This document shows, piece after piece, positions 26,811-41,200 of a DNA stretch of 64,000 nt. The notes beneath the pieces were generated by a model, which saw nothing but the letters and a program-made list of their open reading frames with translations, was not told where the DNA came from and did not search any database. The stretch comes from Eimeria praecox (taxonomy: Eukaryota). Location of the stretch: the NCBI GenBank assembly GCA_963920595.1, contig OY986947.1:1-64000 (forward strand). The letters run 5' to 3'. Every line of letters begins with the position of its first letter. The stretch's first letter is position 1. A program made the position numbers and the translations under genes.

Positions 26811-28136
26811 CTAGGAAAGGAACGCGCGTTCATCATTTCTCGCTTTTTGGTGCGCTGGGCTATCTGGCGTAGGCCTCCCGTCCAACGTATAAAGATAAAG
26901 AATTTGACGGGGCCTTTTCATCCAGAGCCATACAAAGGGTGCGTGCACATACATACTGAAGGTGCAGGATCCTTTCACTCCTGGTCGCTTCACAGTATGC
27001 AAGACCATTAGAAGGATCAGCGCCGCGCTAGGCAGCCAATGCTCTTTCTTACGCCCTGCGCAGTATATGGCATGGCAGAAACGTCCTGGCTAGGGATGAA
27101 TTTTTGCATGCATACACAAAGTGCCCTGCAAGTCAGGCGCTGCTGATCTTTCTCGCTAACCGCTTGCATGAGGCCACACCTTGCTTAACCAGCTTTTAAA
27201 GTCTGCACGCGACAATTGCTTAGGCAACGGCTTCCGCAGGAGCATATCTACAGAAAAAAGGCAGTTTTCTTCGTGGGCAAGCAACGTGTCGGAACCAAAC
27301 GCAGTATGCAACGCCATAATGTAGCCATAGGTAGTAAATGTCAACAGCTCTTAATCAAGCTGCATCTAGCCCGCACCTATGGGTGTATTCTTAGTGGCTG
27401 ACGCCGGCGTACAACATCCTACAGAGAAGCAATTTTTGCTACTGAGCAACCAACGCAGCCTGACCAGATAGTACTGGCGGCCGAAGCCTAAATAAACGTG
27501 CACATGCATCAGCGATAGATTGCGCAAACAACCAGCTAATAGAGGCATGGGAAAGTGGGACGTCCCACGAACGGGTGCTGCCTACCCAATACGGCTTGGC
27601 AATATGAAACAAGGAATGCAATGTACTCAGAAGTGCTTCTGATTTACTCTGTCGTCCATGTTAATCGCGTTCCGCCTTAAATCAATGCAGTCACCTCGAA
27701 ATTGCCTGATCTTTAAGTTCGAGTTTTGGGGACCATGCATCGCAGCAGCGAATGCAGGTGTTCGCGTCTTCCGGCCGCTACAGCCAGCTTCAAAACCCGA
27801 ATTATTGTAGGCCGCTTCCATAACACTCGGGAGGAGATTTTTAATGCGGTAATACGCTGTTGCACCTTGATGCAGAAACAGGTCTTCAACTGATAGAGCC
27901 AGCACAAGCATCGAATAGCAGCGTGTCTCCAGTAATGCACGTTTAGTAACTGATGCAGTTTTCAGCAGCACACTCCGTACATTACTGGCACAATTCCAAA
28001 TCATCTGCTGCACTCCATTTTGAAACTGGGCAAAAGCTAAAATCTCCTTGAACGCGTATAGGGATGTTAGGGGATGGCACAAGAAGCAAAGAAAATTCGA
28101 AAGCTGACCTAGTCGCCGTCCCTTCGCCAGAACCAC
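26811..28136 (-). pseudogene. Possible decayed coding sequence of unknown family
   Basis: Four track ORFs (27627-28136, 27366-27548, 27156-27344, 26811-27008) lie in the same minus frame. Manual translation gives 7 stops in about 442 codons, fewer than expected by chance. It includes the longest ORF in the window (169 aa). No family recognised. Confidence 0.3.
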
Positions 28137-31100
28137 CCATAGATTCTTACGATCTTACAAGTCACAGAAATGCAAGACCTGGGGGCGGCATGCTCTTTGT
28201 AGGTTGAACCAGGCTATTGTTTTCAGCGTGGCTGGTGTGACTTCGGAATGCACGCTTAGTGTATGCGTCCGTTATCTGCTTGTTCTGCTCATGTACGTCG
28301 TATCTGTCTTTCGTGTCGACCCACTTTACTCCTTTTTCTTGATTCCATTTCTGCGTGTATCCGCGGTTACTTGTAGGCCTGAAGCACATAGCTTCAGGAG
28401 CATATAGCAAAACGCCATATCACGACTTAAATGGCCAACTATTGCTCAGAACTTGGGAATACACAGATATGCAGTAAATATACAACGTTTTGGGACTGAA
28501 ACAGCGATTCCGAGCATGCACAGCGAACATGGGGATCCATGCGAGTCCTGCCGAAAGCACGCACTCCCTGCAGTAATCAGAAGCCGCAGGAGAGTTTATC
28601 CGGGCAGGCGTTTGCTGGCAAGTGTTAACTCGTTTGAGAACGCTACTAAAGCCTACTGAAAAGTGGCCACACAGCAATACGATGCCTTGCCACCATTTGA
28701 GAATCGTGGAATGCCCACATCCATGGCCAATCGTTTATCGTTAAACCTCATAAACATTTTTAACCAGGGGCATACCTGATTAAATAAAAAGGAGCGAATG
28801 CGGCATATAATGCTGGAAAGAAGGGCCAAGCATCGTACTGTCTGCGTGGCAGCAGGGACGCCTTCCAATCACTTAAGTAAGGGAATTACATTACCAAGTT
28901 TCGGTCGGCGTGGTTTCGGCCATGTTAATGGCATATCACTATAAAGCATTCGTGATGACCCCGTGCTTTAGGCTTAGATGATTCAAGGAAAGGAGACTTG
29001 CGCGCGTTTTAGTGTTCCTCTGCGAGACTACACTGCGTTCATATGATAGTTCTTCAACATTAATCTGCATATGCATGCGGCAAAATGCTGGCAGTGGCAT
29101 GCATGGAGTGTGCATGTGCAGTGTGGGGGCGTTTGCCATTAGTGAAGCGAAACGTCCGTTTGTGCGAGCCACAAAGCACAAAGAAAGCAAGGTGAAGGAA
29201 CGCTCATCAGCACAAGTGTTGCTTCATCTATAAATCAGCATGCGTGTAACGTCGCTCCGGGCACTTCGGAGGCCAAGCAAGCCACGTTCCAGGAACTCGT
29301 CTTTATCTACTTACTTGCTGTTCGCAGAGGTTAGCTTAAATTAAACCCTACGCAATGGACATCTTGCAATGGTGGTGTACTAAGTATTTGCTTTAACGAG
29401 CATATTAGAGGGCCCAGAAGCTGCGAAGTGTTCTTTGTCAGCTGCATCTTGTCGGCGCTACACTAGCACGTACGTTCTGCCGCCAGAAATGCGTTAATGT
29501 TCCAGACTATCCCGAAGCCGCATCACACTGTAGTGGCTTTGCGCGCGCACAGGCGAGCACCAGCATTCACAAAGGTGGGTAGGTGCGAATGTATTTGCCT
29601 ACATGGCACCCCCAAGCGCAAGCCATGAATTGAAATCAGGCTAGCAACTCAGGGGCTCCTCTGAAATGCACGATGTGTGTGGTGCGCCCTTGCCACAAAT
29701 TGTAAAATCGAGTGGTCTTGCAAGATATGGCTTGGGAGATTGTATGACATTAAACACGCTTGGGCTCGTAGGCCGTCGCCCCTATCAAGCAGATGCATCC
29801 ATATACATCACCTGTCAAACGGCAGGTGCTTTCAGTGATGAAAAGCTTCTATCCACCCTGTTCAACAACCGTAGCGCCAACTACATGGAAGAAACCACTT
29901 CCGAAGCACTTCGGCGTACGGTCTGCATCGGATCGTGAGCAATTCCGACTGTACCAGAAGGCGCTGATGATTTGCATTGCACATGCTGTATCACTTGAAG
30001 GATGCAGTATCTTCCTATTGCTTACCTTTGCCTTGAAGTATAAATATAACTTTGTAAGCTGTCAATTCGTGCTTTCTGAGACCCAGTGGCCTCTGTATGA
30101 AGCACTGCGAATTTCCTAGTGTTCCGTGTAGCTGCCTTATTATTACTAGCTGTGGTGGCTTCTAACTTCAATCAACAGCGGAGTAGCTCGTCCAGTGAAA
30201 GCAAGTAAATTACATATTAAAAAATTCAACTTAAGCTGCCGGTGTAGTTGCGCACAAACTGGGCCAACCAAAGCAAGTCTTGCTATTGGGCACGGCCTGC
30301 AGGCCGCATCTCAAAATATCCTTGAATCCATAATCCTTCGATTGAGGTCGGCTGATATACAGGAGCTGGGCCAGTGTTGCAAACGCGCAGGCGCCTCACG
30401 TATTGAGGGAAAAGCCAAATATATGTTACGGAGCAGAACAGAACGCAAGGCGTGCTCTTTTTGCCATGTATCCATTAGCGCTATGTAGCACTTGAGGGAA
30501 GCACCCTCCGGGCGCGCACAAAAGGAGCTCGGCGCTGGCAGCATAGTACCAGCTCCCTGGAGACACCTGGGCGACCTTCTTGTATGAAACCAAAATTTGC
30601 ATAAACTGATATCGGATGCAGCATTCAATTTGTCGTGATAAAAGGTTCGTCGCTTTAAGCTGGGGGCAATATTAAGTGCTGCTGCACGTCAGCACCGCAC
30701 CGTCTATTGGGCGTCAAATGGCTAGTTTTAAACCACTCGTTTCGAATAACTGATCGCTGATCTGCTTCAGAAGGTATGCGCGTCAAACGGAGCAGCTAGG
30801 CCATTCTGGTTCCCATTCAGATGCACCGCATACGGTAGCATCCCAACTACTATTATTCCTTGCCGTGATGCACAGCGATGTTTCAGAAGTACTTTGTGTG
30901 CACCAAATGAGCAACGTATCTGTTTTAATGGGCAGGGAAAGCCCGAACGCCGCTGAGGAGGCCTGTGGATACGCATTGTTTGGGACGGGAACCATCTGAC
31001 CGTCCAAGGCATACTTAATCCAAAGCCCGTACTCCCTGAGTCATCATAAATTCCAACTTGCAAACACCAGAACATCGATTGTATCGCCCCAGTGAAAATA

Positions 31101-34100
31101 TGGTCCGGAGCCGCCTCCTTACGGTTTCGTTCTCCCCCGCCGCTAGCTCTCCGTTTATTCGGTGCCGAGACTGGCAAGCTCGGGTGTATGGGTAGCTGCC
31201 TACACGGAATGCTGCATGGGATGCAAGGCTTGACAGAGTTTATGTGTAGAGTGTATCGCTCACGTAAAATGGTTGTGAACGGCTCATAAAGGTGATGGGG
31301 ATATACGGACTGAATTTGAGCAACAAACCCCTTGAATGCCGTTTCGGGAAGCGCACGTTCTGTCGAAGCACCTTCAATTTCTGCCGCAATCAGGGGCTAG
31401 GGACGATTGCAGAGGCGTCATATTGTTGCTATTGTCTGTTTGCATGCGTGTGAATTAGATTTCCTACAAGCACTCATCATTTAGAGGCAGCATCTGGGAT
31501 AAACGTGTAAGCCAGTCGTAGTTTCGACCTTCGGCTTTTATAGCTTCAGCAGTCCTTCTTGTTCCCCATCGCTACACTGTGTATGCTCAGGCTACGCACA
31601 GGGTTACAACCACAGAGCTGGCGGCAAGCCACCCCAAAACCTTAAAAGGGCATCGTTCCACTTGGCCAATCAGCCATTGGGAACGCCCTCTTCGTTAAGG
31701 CCATACTTCCTGAATAGGCCCATCTTTCCGCCTTTTACCTTTGCATGTCTCAGTGCCTACGAATAATGTTATTGAACTTAGAAACCGATTGGATATGCAA
31801 GCATGTTTACGCGTTTGCACCGCTATGAGCTAGATGGCAAGATGAAGTGGAATCTCAAGGCAATTGATGCCGCCCATGCGGAACACTGTGGAGCTCCCGT
31901 GTTCTTGAGAAGAAGTAGGAGTATCTGCAATCGGTTCAGAGACATCTTGGAGGCCTAGTCACCTGAGGGCAATGCGTGTCTTTTGGAATTCATCGTGGCT
32001 CAAGTATGAGTCAAAGGTCATATGTCTCAGAGCCAGACAGAGTGCCTTTGCATACTATCTGGTGCGGAGGACAGCATATTTTGAGCAGCGCAAAGTTTTC
32101 CACGCTATGATGGCACATAAATAGCTTCGTGGATGCTCTATAGTGCGGGAATGTGGGGGCAAACCCATGTACTGAGGAGATTTGTGCTCGGAAAGAGCGA
32201 ACACTAATTACCGTCAAAAAGTAGTAGAAACGGTAGCTGATGCAGTACAATCACAAGGCTTTTATCTTTGACAAAAAATGTCTTTTCCTGGATCCTACCG
32301 TTTGGCATAGTATTCGACGAATCGGCACTCGAGTTACATACACAGATATATATCTGCATGCTCTCAATAATAATAAGTGCGCGCAAAACCAGTAGGCGTT
32401 TGCTGTAGTTCCTGCCGGCCATTAATCCGACAGCAGCAAAGCTCTGGTTTTACCAAAAAAAAGATAAGCATAACTAGGGACGTGCGACGCCCAGAATCCG
32501 CTACGCGAGAAAAGGAAGAGAAGGCTCTTGACGTTCAGGGTTTTGTTCCACGCCATGCACGTAAATTCTAACGCACAGCCTAAGTGTTCGAACGCTTGTG
32601 GACTACATGCATTGCTACGTCGAGTAAAACGGTTGAGCCACTAAACCGTCTGGAAATGCATCTAGAGGCAAACGCTGGGTGCGCAGGAGAGTTCGTGCTA
32701 AAATGAGGTCGTTCGCAATCGATGCTGGATGAAGCTCTTTCATGTATCATTCTATCATGTCCCACAGGCGGGCACCGAGGTCAGCTTCTACAGCTATGAA
32801 CAGTGTACAACACGCTTGTTCGGGCTTTCCTCAGCGGAATCAATTCTACAAGATATCGCCGCTGTAGCACTCGAGCTGCTCACACAGGCGTGAACACCTG
32901 CCGAGCGCACTTGCTGGTTCAAAATATATGGCAACTAAATTCCCGACAGAAGCCTCCAACGCTGGCAAAGGAACTCAGCAGCCGTACATATTAGTTTCCA
33001 AGGGAATGCAGGTAGGTTGTATACTTTGCACTAAGCATACTGACATATTTAAAACCTTCCGCGGTATCCGTGATTTGGCTTCAACTCCGATTCCTTTTTC
33101 TACGCGGCGCTCGTGCATATCAAATATATATAATGTTGTTAGGCCTTTCATATGAAATTTTCCAAAGAACGGATTGTGGCATCTGCTTGCTGTTGAACCG
33201 CAAATAAAGGGTTACCTGAAAATATCTTTCTATCACACAGGGCAAAGGCGCCGCGTTGGCATGCCGCAGCAAGCAATCGCCATGCAAATATGATGCGTCG
33301 TTTTACATTATATTGGTGGATGAATTGTAGCTTTTCCAGGTGGTGCACTGTTAAGCGGCACTTCAACTCCTGGAATACGCACCACCTGAGATGCGCTTTG
33401 CCAAACTGCCTTGCAGAAATTATTTGCAACACTTACCAACGTACTCATATTCGGTAAGCCAGCACCAGCTAACAAAAGAGCTTGCTTGATGTACTATTAC
33501 AGAAGTTTTCATTCTTCTTCTTAGTGCACGGAGAGCGCTATACGTTAGCACTGTGAGGGCCGTTGCCAAATGGTGCCTGTAGTTAAGTCGCAGGCGCCAT
33601 GCCAGATCTCATCAAACGCTAAGGCGCTTGAGATGGATATCGCATACTGTCTGTGAGAAATGCTCGGAACTCAGATGTAGAACGAATTCTTGAAACGAAT
33701 GCCACTAGAAAACACACTGCTGTTTTCATTACCCCTCCTTGCATTTTTTCCCTTGTGGGAAAGGGATGCGTGAATTCAATTAATGGGAATTCATGCCAAT
33801 TTACCCCAACCTCTTGCCTTCATTCGTCGCAGTTAAAGCATAACAGCATCTCCCGAAGCATGGTATCAAGGCAAACACGCCGATGATGAAACGTGGATGA
33901 GTAGGGTGTGAAAATGCCCAAGCACCAGCCGATCTACAGTACTCCCAACAGGATCAGGCCTGCCATACTTGCTGAGGTTTTGCAAATTATTAAATCGGTA
34001 AAGAGTGCATCAGTCCCTATCCACCATTAACAGCTATTTTAAGCGCAGGGAGACTGACCATAACTGCAGTTTCGCAAGCAGTAAGCACTGCTGGGCAAAA

Positions 34101-35099
34101 CAATGGAACGGCGGTTGGAAGCCAAGGGCATCGTGCAACACACACGCCTGCATTTCGCTGATGTGCAGCAGGGCGCACTTTCTGCATTATTAGAAATTCT
34201 GCACGCATGAACGCTAAAAGGCATGATCATCAGGGAAAGCCGCCGTACACCGCTGCATTTCAGAGCCACCCAAACTCCGAAGCTGGAGAAGTGATATATC
34301 TAGGTACTATTGGCATTCCGCGTAAGTATCAGTCGCAGAATAGAAACGCTGGGAATTGCCATTCTTTCTTAGCTACCGTGGGCTCCAGTTGTGGTTCAGA
34401 CACGCACACGTACACACACATTGGGATAGGGAAAGGCGCAGGTTTTCTCGTACTACGTGAATAGGTGGGAGGCTCTCGGACAGAGCCGGTAAGCAGTGGC
34501 CTGCACCCAAGCCTCTGAGGTTAAGTACAAACCCAAATTGGCGCTTACAACCTGCTTGGAGAGCATCACGACTTTTTGCTGCACATGAGCACCACACCAG
34601 ATGCTGCTGCTGGGGCGTTCAAGAATGCCGAGGTCTGCAAGGCTCATGGTTGTTTTAAATGGCTCCCGTTGCCACCAGCGCTCACAGTCTGCAAAGGAGC
34701 GCCACAGAGCACACGTTGAAGCGTTGACGGAAGGGCCTTGCTTACAAGCATGAGAACGTCACCTTACCGCCCACAATCAGGCGCGCACGGGCCAGTCGCA
34801 CGAATGATTAAAAGAGGAAATATAATCACTCTTAGCGTATTGAATTCATGCGAGGCACACGGACCCAATCTGCAGGGGGCCGCGCCGGGAACCACACCCC
34901 CACATGTATGCACGCTTGTTTGCAGGGGCTGTGACCAAGCGGGCATGCATTCGGTCACTAGAAACGATGCAACGCAGAGCGTCAAGAAATATTAGCGTAC
35001 CGTGTCTCCAGAGGTGCCTACATTCTGCCACAGCCTAACCAATTTAATGCATAGATACCAACTCGCACAACACCACCTGCACAGAGTATCCATGATCCG

Positions 35100-37314
35100 G
35101 CCAGCCAAAACATACGTATGTGCACAGTCAGTGTCCCTGGTACCCCAGAGACAGTGACTGTACAAATAATCAATACGTGCGGGGAAGCGTACGCAGGAAA
35201 TTCCTTACTGCCTGTGGTGAACGTTTTATAGTTCAGAATGCTTCAGTGATCCGTGTTGATGGGCATGCTGCTATTACGTTAGTGAGAAACCACTTGCCAA
35301 TTCACCTCGTCTTGTCCGTTCCCGTCCACCGGCAAATCGTACTATGTTGTTGCTTGTGGGCTTCAGCGTGCGCGCTATTGACCCATAAGTGAAAAAGGTG
35401 CGCGACGTTGTTGATCATGGTCTTGTTTGCCTACATGAACTTATAACTTCATTCGGGGACGAACTCTTTGTCGAAGTGCACCACTACAGCGTACATGCCT
35501 CAGAAATTTCGTGTGGCATGTTCATCAGTGGAGCAGCGTATGTGACAAGTGTACGGCAAATAGATTTGTCCCACGATGCATTCGCATATCACTCATGTAG
35601 CGGGGGGAATTTTAGTAGGTGCAATTCCGGCTATATTCAACAGTCGTCTGCTTAAGTAAACATCCCAAACAGGCAATGCGCCACCGAAGGTACACCTGAA
35701 AGCGAATGCTGTGCGTAAGCCGTTAGCGACACTACTAGAAAAGGTTCGGGAAGGGCGCCGTCACGCTTAGGCCATGCGATGCATAGCTTACAGTGGGCAA
35801 CGTACTGTCTGCACGGTAACAGAAACCTTTCAATATCGCGAACTAACTATAAGTATGCTTTGGTTTCCAGTGCCCACGAACGTACGTTTCTCCTGAATTT
35901 GTTCAACGCTCGAAACACAAAGGTGGATTTCTTGAACTGACCCACAAACCGTACCACCTGGTCAATCACCCCGTAGAAAGCATGCATATCGCTCACAATA
36001 ATACTATGTTTTTCTATTCTTGAAGGACTACTGCTTGTAACGAAAACCGTGCGCTTTCGAAGATGCAATATCCCCTCCGAGAGGTTGCGGTGTCGAGATG
36101 TACAGCATCGCACATATGCCGACTACCAGACGAAAAACCCTCTGCATTATCGTAATCTTCGCTAAGGTTAAGCAACCTGCGTGCAACAGCTGTCAGTCGG
36201 CAGAAAAAAAAGTTAGACACGCAGAACTGCCAAACTAGGAGACCGGCGTATCCACTATGCTCGGTTTGGCATCGTCAGCAGTTGGAACAAACTACAAGCA
36301 ATTAAACGAGACGGAGCCGAACAGCATCTCGAGCTGGTGTTATGCCCATAATCCAATGGGGAACCATTTTAGCTCACACCCCTAGTCTCAGCTCAGGAGA
36401 GTGCAGCGAAAGTTTAAAGTCAAGAACCGACTTCGCAACGAGCACGTGCCATATGGAAAGAGCTCCCTTTTAATGTAATCAGCCAGCTGCATTGCATCTA
36501 GAAATAAATTGTCAAGGGTGCAGTACAACCAACCACAGCAGCAAGGATAATCAAACCCGCCTAGTACCGGCTTGCGCCCACCAGCATGAACACTGTACGA
36601 AGACGCATACAGCTCTCCTCCACAGGCCTGCGTGAGGAATAGTTTTTACTCACAACGCGAAAAGACATGCCTGGATTAATTTAAGGGAGCAGCGTTATGA
36701 TGCTGTCTTCTCCAGCTGTACACTAAGCTCTTACCACGGCTCTGTTAGACTCCAAGAGCCACGTTGATCCCATTTTGGGCAATGACGCACGTGCTGTGCT
36801 CCCCCGCAGAGAACTATTGTCAACACGTCAAAGTGGTAGCATCTCAGGAGCAACGAAGCAGCAGTTTCTGCCTCCGAGAAGTGCGTAGCGTCACGCAAAG
36901 TTTGCACGCACGCAGCGTACAGGTGAGCTATCCACTGCTTACTTTCTGCGTTCACCCAAAACACGAGCACATTTGTTCCCAGATCAACAGAGCATACCGA
37001 CTCTGCTGACGGCTGCCTCTCAATATGAGACGAAGCCATATATCTCTTCTTGCTGGGGAACGTTTGTTTTGCGCAGCTTCACGATACCCTGATTACTGCA
37101 CGCCACCAAAGGCTATTACTGATAGGGCAGCACGCACGCGGGGTCTGATTTCTGCGATGATACACCAAGCGCAGTGACTACTTATAGACGAGGCCCGGCT
37201 AATAAACTGCACAAGAGCTCTATAAACCATCGAATCAACAAACATTTCCTTCGAGGAACTGCTGTATTCCACAGTGCCTCCCAGCATCCAAGGAGATGCA
37301 TGTATCTGATGCAC
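35100..37314 (-). pseudogene. Weak candidate coding relic(s)
   Basis: Protein-like minus-strand fragments broken by stops and frameshifts (e.g. MYAVVVHFDKEFVPE*SYKFM*ANKTMINNVAHLF near 35390-35500; DMHAFYGVIDQVVRFVGQFKKSTFVFRALNKF in 35847-36113). Stop density is not clearly depleted, so this is pattern impression only. Confidence 0.15.
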
Positions 37315-38299
37315 ATATAAGGGATTGCGCCCTGTGGCTCATGCTATGGCGGGAATGGAATTCACTTTCCTGAATTTCCCTCGGAAAGCAATACTGCAGG
37401 ATCCCATGGCAAAACGTCGAATTTGGCGGCAACTCACTTCCTTATCAAGCAAAGATCGAATGCACACTGGGGTTCATTAACTCTCAAACTGCATAAATCA
37501 AAGCTGCACAAGGATTCATCGGACTCGCGTGGACTCAGCAAACGAAAGAGGCACGTTATGAGCTCTCAGCACAGGACGCACGGCCAAACAGCTCAAAATG
37601 AGCAAATAGAAGTGTGCCTCGCGCACCAAGTGCGCGTGGCACATTTGGTGTGCGAGACACGTCTATACAATCAGCAACAGCCAGCGGTGCACACCATATG
37701 AGGAGTCCCTGCGAATCAATGTCACATATGGTGCTGCCAAGGGCGTCCAAACACAAGGAGCACAAGGAGCAAAATGACGTTCTATATTTTCAGTTGAGAC
37801 GCAGCAAATTCCACAAAAGGCAAAGAAAGCAACTAAGTGCCGCACAAAGTGCCAATCCATGTAACCGCACAAATGTGGTGATAAAGGAGGCTGAGTTCAG
37901 ACCCGAACGCAACGGCCCCAACTGCAACGACATGGTATCGATCCCCCTGGCCAATAACAGAGCCACATTATAGCTAACAAGGCACGCTCATGGAATGCCA
38001 CCAACACCATGTAACAACCACTTTTCTGGCACAGGCAACTCTAACACAAACCGCCGGTACACATGCAGATCCTTGGCCAAGCGCTGGCTGCAACCGTGCC
38101 CGCATCGCACCCATCAACCGCACGAACGCTTGTCCTCTACTCGCCTCCACGAAGACAGCCAGTGCGAAGGTGAACTCGCTCTCAACTACTCAGACAAATA
38201 TTGCATTCGACTCTTGCGGCAACTACACTTCCCCAGGTTGCACATGCAGGCAGCACCGAGGTTATGACGAACGTGCAAGGCCGCACAGCTTCGGCGTTT

Positions 38300-41200
38300 C
38301 ATCGCAGCTCTCGGTTCTTCAACTTCGTTGATGTACCGGCACGAATCCAGCAACCTTACGCACTCGTGCAACTTGGCAAACGACGACTAACACGATTACT
38401 AACCAACCTTAGATCTCAACACAAACCTCATGCGAGAATTCAACGGATGCAAGCCCTTTGGTGAGCGGCAGGGCTTGCATGATACTATCCCTGATCACGT
38501 ACTGCCTGCAGATAATTATTAAGTCACGGATAGGCTACACAAAAATATCCATGATTCAGACGCAAGCGCTCGCCTTAAACCCTTCCGAGCGCCTCAGCTG
38601 GCCCCTCGGAATGTTTCTACTAGCCCTTTACGTAGTGCGCGACTTGCTACCTAGTATGCCAGTACAGCGGAAGTACGGTATTAAAGTACAACCAATCAAT
38701 TTCAGTTCGCGATAATGTGGCACATGGCCAGCTGGCAAAGCAATGGCTAAGCGCCTGGCATGCCCTCCACGTGCGTCAAGGGCCGCAAGCACTCCCGGCA
38801 AAGTAGGTTCTAGACGTCGCTAGCACTGACAATTTTACGCTATATTCGAGCGGCAACTGCACTTCCCGACGATGCGAACGCAAAAAGCAGCGACCTTAGG
38901 ACGACCATCGAATGACAGCTAAGTTTCAAGCTTTATTCCTGCCCTCGCTCCATCAACTTCGTTGATGCATCGGTCCGCAGCGGGCCACCCGCAAGTATCG
39001 AGCAACCTCATGCAATCGTGAACCCCCCATGGCTTGCAAGGAGTGCACCACCATACCACTGCATGCAAGGCCCAATCAAGTGCCAAGCGAAAACCAAACA
39101 GAAAGCAACTTTATTGTCCATTCAAGCAGTTGGCACGGGAGCGCTAACGCCAACACTAAACAGCCTTAGCTCCCAACACAAAACTCGTGTTATCAATCAA
39201 CAGGCGCAGAATCTAGGGCGGCCAAACAGCCTCATCAAAAGCACTCCACAATCACATACCTCCTGAGAACAATGAGTAAAACACGGGCAGGGAGCTGACG
39301 CTCAACCAAGAGTCGGATGCCAGCGCACCCATAAAACATTTTCGTGCACCGCACCTATTCTTTCGGGATGAGCCATTTAGCCCATTTGCTAGCATGCTAC
39401 CTGCTACTTAGTATGCTAAAGGAGCGAAAATAGGCTTTTAAAGTACAGCCAGTCAATTGGCTCTCCTTCTAACCTGGCGAACGCATCCATGCACACCGGG
39501 CACATGGCCAGGCGGCCAAGCAACGGATAAGCGTTTCAGATCCTCACCCTAACCAGCACTCATACACAAGTACTTTGCAAGCGTGGCTAGCACTGACAAA
39601 TATATGTTCGACCAGAGCAAACACTGCGCCTCCACACGGTGCGCACGCAGACAGCAGCGGCGTTACGACAATTCGGCAACACAAATTAGACATTTCATCC
39701 CCGGTCTCGCTTCCGCAACTTCCTAAACCTGCCACTCCTCAGCAAAGCACCTGCAGAACCTCAGGCACCTGGTGCAACTGCCCATGCGGCATGGCTTTCA
39801 AAAGGCAAAGCCATCAAACGATTGTACGCCAGGAACGGCCAACTGTGAAGCGCAGACCGAACACACTTCTACAAGTTTACTGATCACTCAAACAGTAGCC
39901 AAGGGAGCGCTAACACTAACACTAAACAGCCTTAGATCCAAACACAAAAAGCATGCTACCAATCAACGGGCCCAGACTCTAGGGCGGCCAAAACGCCTCA
40001 TCAAAAGCACTCCACAATCACATACCTCCTGAGAACAATTATTAAAAGACGAACGGGTAGCTGATGCTCCACCGCAGTCGGATGTGAGAGCACCCATAAA
40101 ACATTTTCTTGCATCTTAGCTATCCTCTCGGAATGTACCGATTAGCCCATTTGGTAGTGTGCTACCTGGAACGTAGTATGGCAGCGAAGCCGAAGCATGG
40201 TACTGAAGTACACCCAGCCAATTTAGGCTCCTTCTACCGAGGCGGACGAACCCATGCACAGCGGACACACAGCTGGCTACGTAACGGCAAACCGTGTCAG
40301 AGCCTCTCAACGTGCAAACGATGCCGCCAGCACTCTCACGCAGGTGCGCCTTGGCATAGTGAGCAATGACAAAATTTATTTTCGACTTGTGCTAGACCTG
40401 TACCCTCACGAAGACGAACTACCCATAGCTCCCAATGCAAGCCTCATGCAAGCAAACAACGGAAGGAAAACCTGGGGTGACTGACCAGCCTCATCAAATG
40501 TTGTCTTTAATAACATACTACCTGCGCAAATTTAGAAAAAACAGGTGCTTTGCACAAGCTGCACAAGCACCTCCATACTCTAAACAACAACTGACCCGTA
40601 CGAGCTTTCTGCGAGCGGTTTCCCCCCTTCTCCGATTGTACGCAGCGGCTCTTTCGTTAGCATGCTACCTGCTACTCAGTGTTATGGTGAAACGGAAGTA
40701 TTGCATTGAAATGCAAGCAATCGATTTCGGCTCGTAGAAATGTGACGAACGCAGCCATGCACAGTGCTTATGCGCAGCTGACTAAGCATCGGCAAACCGC
40801 TTCGGCCCCACTCCACGTGTGCCAAGCTGCAACACCCCTCATAAACAAGTATTACTTTCGGACATTCTGCACTGTTCGCACCCTAGACGAGGGCCTAACA
40901 GGCACGCAAGATTCAGAGTGCCTCAGAGCGCCTCAGCTACCTCCCCTGGCTTCAGCGGCACCTACATTCCAAGGCGCAAGATGCTGGTGCTGTATCTTCA
41001 GATGGGGCGCCGAAGTGCTCACTAAGTGAGAGATAGCGCGAATGACTACAACACAGAATGCACCTCAGTGCTACCACAATACAGGGGCAGTAACGTAAGC
41101 TGAGTTCAGGGCATCAAACAGCTATTTCAAGGCCAACGGCAATCTTGACCACCACCAAAAACCATAAAGGTAAACTGAGCAAGCTTTCCACATGCCACCA

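Noticed and set aside
29666..30488. Plus-strand chain of three ~100-aa ORFs as a pseudogene
   Set aside because: Joining them needs a frameshift and several stops, and no family is recognisable.
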